From Takakia lepidozioides (taxonomy: Eukaryota; Plantae; Bryophyta): 64,000 nt of DNA. This document shows positions 14,411-25,204 of this stretch, piece by piece. The stretch is from assembly GCA_030704615.1 (NCBI GenBank), contig CM060732.1, positions 21,576,001-21,640,000 on the forward strand. Direction: 5' to 3'. The notes below the pieces were generated by a model that had not been told where the DNA came from, made no database searches, and was given only the letters and a program-made list of their open reading frames with translations. A program made the translations under genes and the position numbers. How positions within the stretch are numbered: the stretch's first letter is position 1; every line of letters starts with the position of its first letter.

Positions 14411-14812
14411 TCATTTGCCAAAGGTGGGGAGTTGGTGCATTTTTCATCTCATCTTGGTCTAGAATGTCATTCCACTCCATTGATTTTGGGTAGGGAAGGC
14501 CCCTCTATGCAGGTCCCCCTTGTTTGACAGTGGTAGACTTTGCCCTCATGCTTGCCAATGGTACCCAAGACAAGGGCCTTCACATCATTATTGCATTGGA
14601 GGCAGAGCAGATGGCCAAGTTTGAGGACTTCATCAAAGTCTAGTTCCTTACAGGTACATATTTCTTGAGACTAGAAAACTGTGCAGGGAGGTGTGTGATG
14701 GAGTAGGGTAGAGGGCAGCTCTAGACCAAAGGAAGGTTAAACTGTATCAATAGCTTCTGATACTAATTTACAAGTATGTCTGGCTATTGGTGTAAGTCTA
14801 CTGGAAAGATAC

Positions 14813-15047
14813 AGACACCATTCGAGCACCCACTTTTATAAGGTCCACCTGAAACTTCAAGTGGCTTATGGAGGGAAGAAAGAGAGAGAGGAAACTGTTC
14901 ATGTTGTTTTCCACCATGGAAGCTGTGTTGGACACCATTCGAGCACCCACTTTTATAAGGTCCACCTGAAACTTCAAGTGGCTTATGGAGGGAAGAAAGA
15001 GAGAGGAAACTGTTCATGTTGTTTTCCACCATGGAAGCTGTGTTGGA
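14813..15047. repeat. ~117-119 bp direct tandem duplication
   Basis: GACACCATTCGAGCACCC...GCTGTGTTGG occurs twice in tandem, differing only in the length of an AG microsatellite. Confidence 0.9.
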
Positions 15048-17057
15048 GCCTTCCTAGTGCTGGTTTATCCACCATTGAAGCCCCCATTGAAGCTGCCTTG
15101 CTTCATTCAATTTTTCAACCCACTCCCATCTGCAAAGGTTTGGTGATTGGTCAACGCCAGGGCCCACGCAAATTCTAGTAATCTACAAACTGAAGTGGGT
15201 CAGCCAGGTGAAAATGATTCCACATGCTCAATCCATATGATGGTGAGGGTAGTATAAAAGCATCTTCATTGGTGCATCTTGGCTATGATCAATAGTTCAC
15301 CTTGGTTCTCTCACTTTGGATCAATGAACCTTGATGATAATGCTTTTAATCTGAGGGTCGCTTTGGATTAGGGGCCAAGCACTCTACAGGTCAAAATCCA
15401 AGGGATTCTATTTGTGAGTTTTGCATCTTGGTTCGGCTTGGCTTTACAAATGGTCTAAAGGCCAAAACAATTAATTGTTGGGGATGAGGCTTATAAAAGT
15501 TGCGATGGTCATTTGGTTATTTAAGGATTTATGTACACATGTGTGGATCTGTTCCAGGCGGAGAACATCCGCAAAATTACCTAACACTTCCTGCAATGTT
15601 GACTATATAACAATAAAATAAGATACTTTGGTCTGTGGAAGGCTGTGTAGAGTCTATGGCTTTTCAACTGCCCACTGGTGGTTTTCACAAAAGAGTCCAA
15701 GATCACAGTACTTCAGGAAGGAGGGCCCTTGGCTTGAGAAGGTCAAGGATAATGTGGTGATCATCCAGATGAATGGATATCACTATGAACAAAGGCTTTC
15801 ACCAAAAGTGTATTTGAAGTTCAGATAAAGTGCAAGTCTTCCTTTTCGGATGGGTGCCTAAATGGCTACCAAAACATCCATTTGTTTTTAACACTGTTGC
15901 AGGAATTTGACGCAAGGAGGCCATGCATCTTGTGTTTGCACCTGTAGTGCAAGGATACTCAAGGTAGGCAGTAACATCAACAATGCGGGAATAACCGGGA
16001 ATGCAAACACTCAATTCAGCTCTAAATCAACTGTTTACCCTGAGTTTCTTACTCTGGTAGATGAAAACCTATGACTGGATGAGCGGTCCATGGATTTGAC
16101 ATTCAGTTGCTCAAAGTATGCCCAGACATGTCATTTCAGCAGCTGAACCACATGTTCAATGAGTTCATTGACTGTCAAATCCTTCAGCATAGTTGCTTTG
16201 GACCTGACCAATCAGATGCCATGCAAAAGAACACAAGTAGGATAAGTAAGAGACAGCAGAGCAGGCCATCAGCTGCCAGTTTGAGGGAGTTAGAGATAGC
16301 ATTTATAGCATATCAGAACAATTTGTCCTTTGTGGTAACAACATTGATCAATCTGGACACACTCATTAAGTGAATAGAAGGACCCAGATACCACGGAGAA
16401 CCCTCTACATAGTACAGACCCACTGCCCAAGCATCCCTTAAGGGAGACTTAGGGTGTGAAATGAGTAGCATACCTGACTGGATCATTCAATGAAACTCAG
16501 ACAAGTGGAGGCCATAGGTAGATTTCAAACATGTCACCTTTGTCAATCTGATGCAGCAATTTGAGTTAGCCCTTGTGTATACAAACACTCCATACCTTTT
16601 AAGCAATCATAGTACTGTCAATTTCTATGGCAGAAGCCCTTGGACCACGCTTGGGCTTTCTTGTAGCAGCCTTTGTACCCAATGCGGTGGCATTCAATGT
16701 TTTATGAGCAGGAAAAAATGTTTCTATGATTCAAATCGGCCCTGATGAACTGGATTTCTGTCTGGACAGCTTCCTCTTCATCGAACTAGCAGCATGGGAA
16801 GAGATGATTTGCGATTGGGGAAGGAAAATAGTATACATTCAACCACGAGCCCAAGTCACCGCCAAGCACTCAGGCAAAGCATGGGACTATCATCTTATCT
16901 GTGGTAAAGACATTGGCTGGTGACTTATGCTTATTGAAATTAGTAGAGGATTTTGTTTCGAAGTAATTTTTCCTACTCCAGCTGCACCTAAGGCAGAGCT
17001 CAGCAGGGATTGGTCCTTGAAGAAAGTGCCAGCTTGTGGTTGGCTTGGACATGGCAG

Positions 17058-17207
17058 GAGATGAGCACTGTGAGGCTAAGTGGGCATCAGGCGAAGCTGT
17101 TGCTCTCGACGTTGTGGCTGCAAGCCAGCATGCCCGACAATGTGCCTTTAAGCTATGAGGCCATATCTCGCTCCTACAGTCTTACCCTCCTCTTCTCCGG
17201 ATCTCAG
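17058..17207 (+). pseudogene. Orphan exon of an EFR3/SEMI-ROLLED LEAF 2-like ARM-repeat protein
   Basis: EMSTVRLSGHQAKLLLSTLWLQASMPDNVPLSYEAISRSYSLTLLFS, bounded by CAG and GTGAG splice sites. Confidence 0.6.
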
Positions 17208-17940
17208 GTGAGGTCCCAATTCTTGCTTCTTATGGTTAACTTACAGGGATATCCTCTCTCTCTCTCATAAAATTGACGCTCTCCTCAAATCTATCAAGGG
17301 AATTGTGCCTGTACCTCTGTTTACCAACTTTGAAAGTCTCGAGGCTGAGCCAAAAGCCCAGGCCCTTCTGGGGCCTAGTTATTGGGCAAACCACACACAA
17401 CAGATTGATGCTTGTGTGAAGGGATTTCTAGAGGATATCTGGATAACCCGGATCAATGTTCTTTACCAAGGTAAGTCATACTACCGACTTCAGCCCCTGA
17501 CACAGGTGGGTTCTGTCCCTTTGTGTTCCGCTCAAGCTGGGAACGGGGTCAATGGCCACAAGGCTACGGCAAACAACGTCTTATGAGTACATTCTCTCAT
17601 GAACGTTTCCAGTTTGTGACATGGGTGAGGAGAGCTAACCTGCCCTTGGCACTAGACTGGAATTTTAAACTTAGGTTGGGGAGCCTACCTTTGAACAAAA
17701 AATAGATGCAGAGAGGAAAGGGAGAGTGGATATGTCTGAAAAACGAGAGTGGATGTGCCCAAGGTGGGATGGGAAGTTCTGGTTCTATTCCTGCCTGTAA
17801 CTTTGGCCTATGTGTTCACAGTCCTAAAAATGAAGACACAGTCAATCGGCTGAGAACCTCATGACAGCACCAACAAAATGATTAAAAGGCTCTAAGATGT
17901 AGATAAAAAAGCTGTCTCTACCAACAGGGAAACATATTGA

Positions 17941-18099
<159 letters not shown>

Positions 18100-20574
18100 T
18101 GAAGCGCAAAGAACTTCCGGACAATCACACAACTGAAGAAAATTTAAAAGACCATCCTCCCTTGAAGCCTGGTAATTGGGATTCGTCAAGTTACCAGGGC
18201 AGGAATGTAGTAAGGCCAATCCATGGAGACTGATTGGTACTGGTAATTGTTTGCAGGCTTTGCGGAAATGCCAACTTGCTGCATTGTTCAGCGATTGGAA
18301 GAGAAGCTTGATCAGCTACAATCACGAAAACTCATTTGAGGTTCTACTACCGACAATAAGAACCTCTCTGTAGCTACAATACTTTGAACTTATAGAAGCA
18401 CGTCCAAGAGACCACTGTAATCACTAACAATCCACCACTAATTTTTCGTTACAAAAGGCATAAGGTAAGATCTCGATCATCTTCCAAGTGAGAATCATCA
18501 TGACAAATCAGCCCAGTAGATGCGGGTGAGACTCACGGCACAAATATTATCGTCATAATACAGATGACTTTCACCAGTTCCCACATTCGAACCCCTGGAG
18601 TAAATTGACGGACACCTGATAGGGCCTTCCCCAATGCAGCTGTGTGCGCAGTGACTTTTTCGTGGAATCTGGAGTGCACCCTTTTGGACCTCCTCAACAT
18701 TGTCCAAAGCTGCAACAGCTACCAGCTTTTTGTATGGAGTGCACGTAGACAAGTGCCCAGGCAGCCTGATTTTCTCTCTGCGGCCAGCTCTTTCCCGTAC
18801 AAAAAGGCTAGAACCTGTCAAGGTGGGGTTCTCAGCCAACCATCACTCTGCTGGAAGGCACTGACCCTGACAATCCGCATATATAAACATGGTTTATGCT
18901 ATCTTCTCTCTGTGTCTCTACAATTTGATGACGTTCATCTTCCAAGAAGTTGTCTTACCTTCCTCCCCATTGCCCCATACCCTCTGCCAAAAATATCCCA
19001 TGGCTCTACCTTGTTGCTTCTCTGATTCAACTGTAGATGCCCCCAGTTCCTGGCAGCAGATCAGATTCAGCCCGCGGCTCTCTTGCCAAATCTGGAGCAA
19101 ACATCGTCTTAGAGTAGATTCGCGCGCTCTCTCTCCTTTGAACAGCAAACAGATTCAAGGGAGGAAAAGGGTCAGTCTCGACGAAGTACAGTTCAAGAAG
19201 TTACTTTCGGATTTTCCGGGCACTTCGGGCAGGTCCAAACAATTGACCACATCGAAACGTGACGACGATGGCGTGGCAATGATGACACCCTATCCCCACT
19301 CTACGCTAAACTAGTCTCCGACCTTCAGTCCTCACTAGGATTAGTGCGTGGTTGCTCCGCACTACCTATTAGCGACGCCTTCTGAGAACAATTTCCAGAA
19401 AGTACCGCACGAGATAAATTGTTAATTTGTTGATGGGGTCTACCTATTCAGTCTTCCGAAACGTGTCACGTTTTGTTACATTAAGTAGTATGTTGCTTAG
19501 GAAACAAATCCATTTTAGCTAAGCTGTTCTATTAATTAATATAAATATGGTTTATGTTTGCATGACTTTTTGGGCCCTCCCTCTGCAAAGCCCACTAAAG
19601 TAGGTGCTAAGTTGGTAGGTAGGTAGTCAGAGGCGGCTGTGGACCTTTCTAAAAGGTTGCCCCAGACATATCACCCCTACAAACCACCTTATGAGATGTG
19701 AAGGCCTCAGAAGCTATACGATGTCATCATATAATGCAGACAATGTAGGTAAGTAATAATTCCTCACTGGCCACCACATCAAATCCACGGTACTTTTCAG
19801 TCCCAGAGATATGACAGGAATAGAAGAGAAAATAAAAAATGGCTTTGGCAACCTACAGACAGATTTCAACCTTCGAGCTCTTTGTCTCCCAGGACTCAGC
19901 CTCTCAGGACTTAGCCTCTCTCTCTCTCTCTCCCCCTCCTAAGAGTGCTGCAATTTGAAAACCACAAGGAATTGTGGGCTAGGTACTGCCTGATCCGCAA
20001 AGATATCAATCAGCTTGTAAGGTCCCAGAAGAAATTATACTGGGACAAGCTATACACTGAAATAAAGTCAAACCACCATGGTGGTAACGACAAGAGATTC
20101 TGGTTTCGCCCTTCAACATTGTAGGAGCCGCAAAACTGTCAGTAAGTACAAGCGCTGAGGACTACTAAGGGTGCAGTGGTGACACTGTTAATGGACCATC
20201 ACCTTCACCACATTGTGCTTGACCCTCAGCCAGGGAGGGTTCGAGAAACCGCCAATCCAAATAATCTCCTTTGCGTTATGTCTGAAGTCTGGCAACCTTG
20301 GACTTTTCTGTGAGAACCACCAGTGGACACCTGAGCTTCCGTAGCTTCAAACAGAGGTATGCATAGACAAGACACCCAAACTTTCAGCACGTTTCAACTA
20401 ACATGGAACATGTCTTGCTAACAAAGAAAAATAGCCTACTACAGTACTCAACTGCTTTCCTCCCAGGGAGAGCAAAATTCACATTCACCTAAGCAACAAG
20501 AGATGCAAGCCCTGTTTGCCAACACGAAACCGGCTTTTCTTCCCCATTATTTTAGGGTATCAAGGTGACTGAGT

Positions 20575-20799
20575 GTCTTTGGTATTCCACAGCCTGCACG
20601 CCAAGCATCCCAAGCGAGATGTAGGGCGTCGACTCCGGATGTCGCTTGACATGTGACAACTGGGCACCAATACATAGCAGCATTAGAGTTAGGGTTGCCA
20701 CACTCTACGACCAGACTCTTCTGAGAAATAATCTCATCTCGCTGTCGCTTGTAAGTGATTGGGAAAGTCTCAAGATTCATCGGTTTGAAATAAAAAGAT
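20575..20799 (-). pseudogene. DUF2921-like gene fragment, 3' part (continues 23306-23884 once the inversion and the Copia are removed)
   Basis: FYFKPMNLETFPITYKRQRDEIISQKSL ... PYISLGMLGVQAV; joins ...NVDEP at 23884 across the Copia TSD. Confidence 0.7.
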
Positions 20800-21540
20800 T
20801 GTGATAAAATGAGAGCATTCAAATGAGGGAGAGAGAAAGTGAGAGGGAATTCTTTTCTGTATATTACAAGAGTACTTGTTAATGTTATCTTCCTAGGTTC
20901 TATCCTAAGGAAGATGACTCTTCATAAGGAAGAGTCGCATCTGTTCAGATATGAACTGTCACAACTGTAGGATGAAGTGCTTCCTAATCTAAATTAGGTC
21001 TAACACTCCCACTTAGGAAGCATCATCCTCAGCTTCTCCTCCAAACAACCCTAACGTCTTAAGAAGATAGGAGTGTTTAACAAAGCCAAGTGGCTTTGTG
21101 AGGATGTCAGCCACCATGTCCGCAGTAGGGCAGTAAAGAACAATGACATGTTTGTTGAGAACTTGTTCGCGGATGTAGTGGAACTGTATGTCGATATGCT
21201 GAGTCCTATCGTGGAACTTAGTGTCAATCAGAGCAATACCACTCTGATTATCACAAAAGATAGTTGTGGAATCAGTGGCATTTAGAAATCCAAGGTCTTG
21301 GAGTAGATGTCGGAGCCAAATAGGTTCGGTGCTAGCTTTCGTCAAGGCCATGTACTCGGCCTCTGTACTAGACAAGGCAATGGACCGTTGCTTGCGACTG
21401 GCCCAGGTAATAACACCAGCTGAAAGAATAAAAGTGTATCCAGAGGTGGAATATCTAGAATTGAGATTGCCACCCCAATCAGCATCAGAAAACCCATATA
21501 GAGGGCGAGGCTGGAGAACACTAGTGTATTGGAGATGGCA
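20800..21540 (-). mobile_element. Copia 3' half (RNase H, PPT, complete 3' LTR 20800-21005)
   Basis: LYGFSDADWGG..STSGYTF..ALSSTEAEY..HIDIQFHYIRE; AAGTGGGAG PPT; LTR nearly identical to 23885-24003 but in opposite orientation; TSD ATCTT versus ACCTT. Confidence 0.9.
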
Positions 21541-22766
21541 TGCATCATACCTGAAGTCGTCTGGGTTCGAAATTCTGAGGACATGGAATTGTGTGAACAT
21601 CTTGTACCTTCTGAAAGGTGGTTGCCCTGGACAGCTGGTATGGCACCGCCCTACTCTGAATTGTTTCCCAATGTCTTTTCAGTTGTTTCTGCTGGCTTGC
21701 TCTACCACCATATGTGATGATCGGCACCGATCATCACAAAAACATTCCATTGTAGTTTACATTTGCAGTCCATGTTTTATTCTTTCCTGCGCCAGAATTT
21801 CTTTCAAATTTCTATGTCTCACTCCTACCTTGCATCTTTGCTAGACAAGGATGTTTGAGGCAATCTGCCTGAGGCGGATTCGTACCTCCAAAACACCTTC
21901 ATCCGTTCGCAACTTTGAAATTTCCGACCAGGGGAGTTTTATCAACCCCCCATATGAACCGCATGTGGATGACATGTTGTACAATTTCATGCACTCCAGT
22001 TCGACAGCCAAAAAACCAGACGGGTTTCCGTGGAGAGGTGCAAGGGAAAGAACCCCAGCATTCATGCAGACGCTCTTGGAGTCATGTAGTCACCATTCTG
22101 CAAGGGTGGTCGACCTCACACTATCCACAGGTTCGTTGGTTCAATATTGTTTCCATTCTCAAGGTCTTCCAGTTTGCATCCGATTTTTGCATCCTCTACA
22201 ACCTTCTTGAGGCTTTCTATCTTGGTAGGTGCGACTTACCGTGCTTGCAAGGTTGGTGGGTGAGAAGCCTTTTTGGCATGGAGGGCGACACCGAACTATT
22301 CAAGAGTGTCCTCCTCCCTCTTGTGTCTGGCTCTACGTCTGCCACACAGACTAAACAAACTCAAATCAGAAATGATGAGGATACCGAGGATAAGCAGATC
22401 GACAACGACTTCTCATGTGAGTAAGTCGGCCATGGAAATGTCATTCCAGTTTGGGTGCTTGTTCAATTTCGCATACATCAAAATTGTAGTAATAACTTTT
22501 ATCATGCTTTGACTTGCAGGAACGGCAGCGATGGATCTTTAGGAGAAACCCCCATTTGTGCCGAGACTGTTTTCGACAGTCCCCTTTCCACTTTTGTGCT
22601 TCCTGTCTATGCCGAAGCAATGGCACTTGAAATGGCCGAGGCTCTATCCCCTGATTTCTTATTGCCCGATCGCAGGAGTAGCCATCGTAGATCCGGAGTT
22701 CTGAAATTCTTGGACTTTGATGTAGAGGACGCGGGGATACATTGTACTGACTTTGAATCAGACTGA
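21541..22766 (+). pseudogene. Inverted 3' exons of the ParB-methyltransferase gene, copy 1 (exons ~21541-21637, 21845-22130, 22229-22420, 22520-22766)
   Basis: WRGARERTPAFMQTLLESCSHHSARVVDLTLSTG|ATYRAC...FFGMEGDTELF resembles the C-terminal SAM-binding region of N6_N4_Mtase; GT-AG introns at the same positions as in copy 2; a stop/frameshift near 22260. Confidence 0.75.
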
Positions 22767-22889
22767 ACTTCGCATTTTTTTTGTTCTATTTATATCCTAT
22801 TCAGAACTCATTGAATTCCCTTGCCTCATTGCATTTGTTCCGACAGAAAAGAAAATGAATCAAACAATCTACTCGGATTCAAATGTCAA

Positions 22890-23305
22890 TCTTCATGAAT
22901 CCATCCCCTAAACCCCTCACACTCATGTCATATCCATTGTGCATTCATCTATTGTGTATTCATGCATCCTCCATTCAAGAATGTTTTCCACCATTCAACA
23001 TCCATCCCACATTCATCCATTCGCTTGCATTGTTCCCACATATCCATATATTTCTCATCCACTCTACATTCATCCATCCTGCATTCAATTGTTGCTTTCA
23101 GGTGGGGATGACCACGTCCTTGAACTTGTTTCCGCGGTTGAGGGTGCTCTTTGGCGGAAATACACTCTGCTTCTTACTTGGCGCACATTGACGTGGCGTT
23201 TAAGCTCGATGATGTGGAGTGAGCCCGGTGATATGACGTTCGTTCAAGGTGACGTGGCGTGAGTGCGGCTGCGCTCACGCCACCAGGCTCACGCCGAGGC
23301 ATCCC
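22890..23305. repeat. Subterminal region and terminus of element copy 1 (CATCCA-rich tract, CGTGAGC/GCTCACG repeats, terminal GCATCCC)
   Basis: Reverse complement reads GGGATGC-CTCGG-CGTGAGC, matching GGGATGC-TAGTC-CGTGAGC at 59009; DUF2921-like sequence begins immediately after 23305. Confidence 0.65.
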
Positions 23306-23884
23306 TGGTATGAACCTAACCTCGTTCGGTCCAGAATCCGGGCCAATGTGTTTCGTTACCCTGCTCTCCATGGACTTGATGATTATAGCATCTTAAGCAC
23401 AGATCTTTCAGTTGAATCGCTCATGCTTCCATAGCAGAAGCAGCAGTCCAGGTTGGATTATCTGAGCTTTAGTGTGATTGCACTTGAAGACCACATGACA
23501 ATAAACTGGAGGGAGGAGAGTAATTTTACCATGGTTCCAGAGGGACAGTGGATGATGCTGTTAAAAGTGAATCCTCGCTCAAGTGCACGTCGCCCAAGCA
23601 AGCAACCAGAATATTTCAAAGTGGGAGCTCATTTGAAGATTACACCAGCTGGGTTTTCTATTGCAGAAGGTCTGTATAATCCCAAGGATGGGAAAATGTA
23701 CATGAAGGGTTGTCGACTAGTAGATGTCAATTGGACGCTGCTCTAGGATAAGCAGATTCCATAGATGATGGGCTTGACTGTTCCCTTGAAATTGTTCAGG
23801 AGTACCCCTCAATAGTTGCTAGGTGGCTGACAAGACCAATTGTGAAGATAGACATCACCAGCCAGCGGAATGTGGACGAACCTT
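23306..23884 (+). pseudogene. DUF2921-like gene fragment (middle part), cut by the element on the left and by a Copia on the right
   Basis: FSIAEGLYNPKDGKMYMKGCR...DDGLDCSLEIVQEYP...ARWLTRPIVKIDITSQRNVDEP; contains stops. Confidence 0.75.
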
Positions 23885-25204
23885 TGTTAGACCTAATTTA
23901 GATTAGGAAGCACTTCATCCTACAGCTGTGACAGTTCATATCTGAACAGATGTGACTCTTCCTTATGAAGAGTCATCTTCCTTAGGATAGAACCTAGGAA
24001 GATTAATTGCCTAGATAATAGCTAGATAAGTCATGTTACTGCTTTTACCATCGCTCTAGAAGCATGGACAACACTTAACAATCTATATGATGCGCAAAAC
24101 ACGGTGACCAAGATGTATCTTAAGGATCAGCTTGTCACTCTAAAGTTCAAGGAGGGAGCCAGCCTTACTAAGCATATTTATGCTTTTCGAGCTTTGTTAG
24201 ATCAACTTAGCTCTGATGGTTCTAGGGTATCTAACGAGGAGGCTGTTATATCCTTGATGCGTAGTATGCCACCTTCATATCATAATTTCTTAACAGCCTT
24301 AAGAGGAAATCAGGCTCTTACCCTTACACAGCTGATCACTTATCTACTACAGGAGGAGACCATGATGAAACATGATGATCCTTAACTTGTTGCCACTTTA
24401 TTATACACCCAAAAGCGGGGGTTCAGGAGGTCGACCTTCTACCTCGACTGTATCCCCTGTCCAGTTTGCCAATCAGCCCTCTAGCTCTAATGGGAAGTGT
24501 TCTTTAAAATGCTTCTATTGGAAGATGAGTAATCATGTCATTATGGACTGTCGTAAGCGCATTGCAGAAAAGCGAGCTGCTCAAACTCTGGACAGACCAA
24601 AGACTGTTAGACACTTGCTAGTCACAGCTTTGTCTCCTACTCCTGCAAGGGATACTAGTTGGTACATTGACACTAGTGCCACAGACCACATGGCCCATGA
24701 TAGGAGTCACTTTCATACATACACTCCTCTAGATCCTGCTCAAGTTGTCTATTTAGGGGACAACTCGACACAATCTATAATTGGGATAGGAAATGTGTAC
24801 GTTACCCTTCCTCATGGCGAGCCCATTATAGTATCTAATGTCTTTCATGTCCCTGGCCTTACCAAGAACCTCTATTCCATCAAACCCCTTGATTCTTCAA
24901 ATGGTGAGATGGTTTTATGCCGGGGAATTTGTTCCCTTATCGACTCCCAAGGTCAGCTTATTGCCAAATGTCCCCAAGTAAATGATCTTTACAAACTTGG
25001 TAAGTCATGCCTTCCTCCTCCCATCTTGCCTACCCCTCCTGGCACACTGCCTCAGGTTGTTCTCAAGACATATTCTAGATAGACTAATACCCAAGGCCCG
25101 ACCTTTCCTATCCAGTGGGAGTTGTGGCCCAATTTATGTCTAATCCTGGTCGCCCCCATTGGACTGCCGTTAAGCGTATCTTTTGATACGTCAAGGGCAC
25201 TCTA
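23885..25204 (+). mobile_element. Copia 5' half (truncated 5' LTR 23885-24003, gag, protease, internal deletion, RT end)
   Basis: LKFKEGASL..H; WYIDTSATDHM; VPGLTKNLYSI; RPDLSYPVGVVAQFMSNP..HWTAVKRIF*YVKGT, ending abruptly at ~25204. Confidence 0.88.

Noticed and set aside
21944-21955. NPPY in copy 1 as the methyltransferase catalytic motif
   Set aside because: Copy 2 has DPTC at this position, and it lies in the variable region; the conserved candidate is DIPDG after the D.V.L strand.
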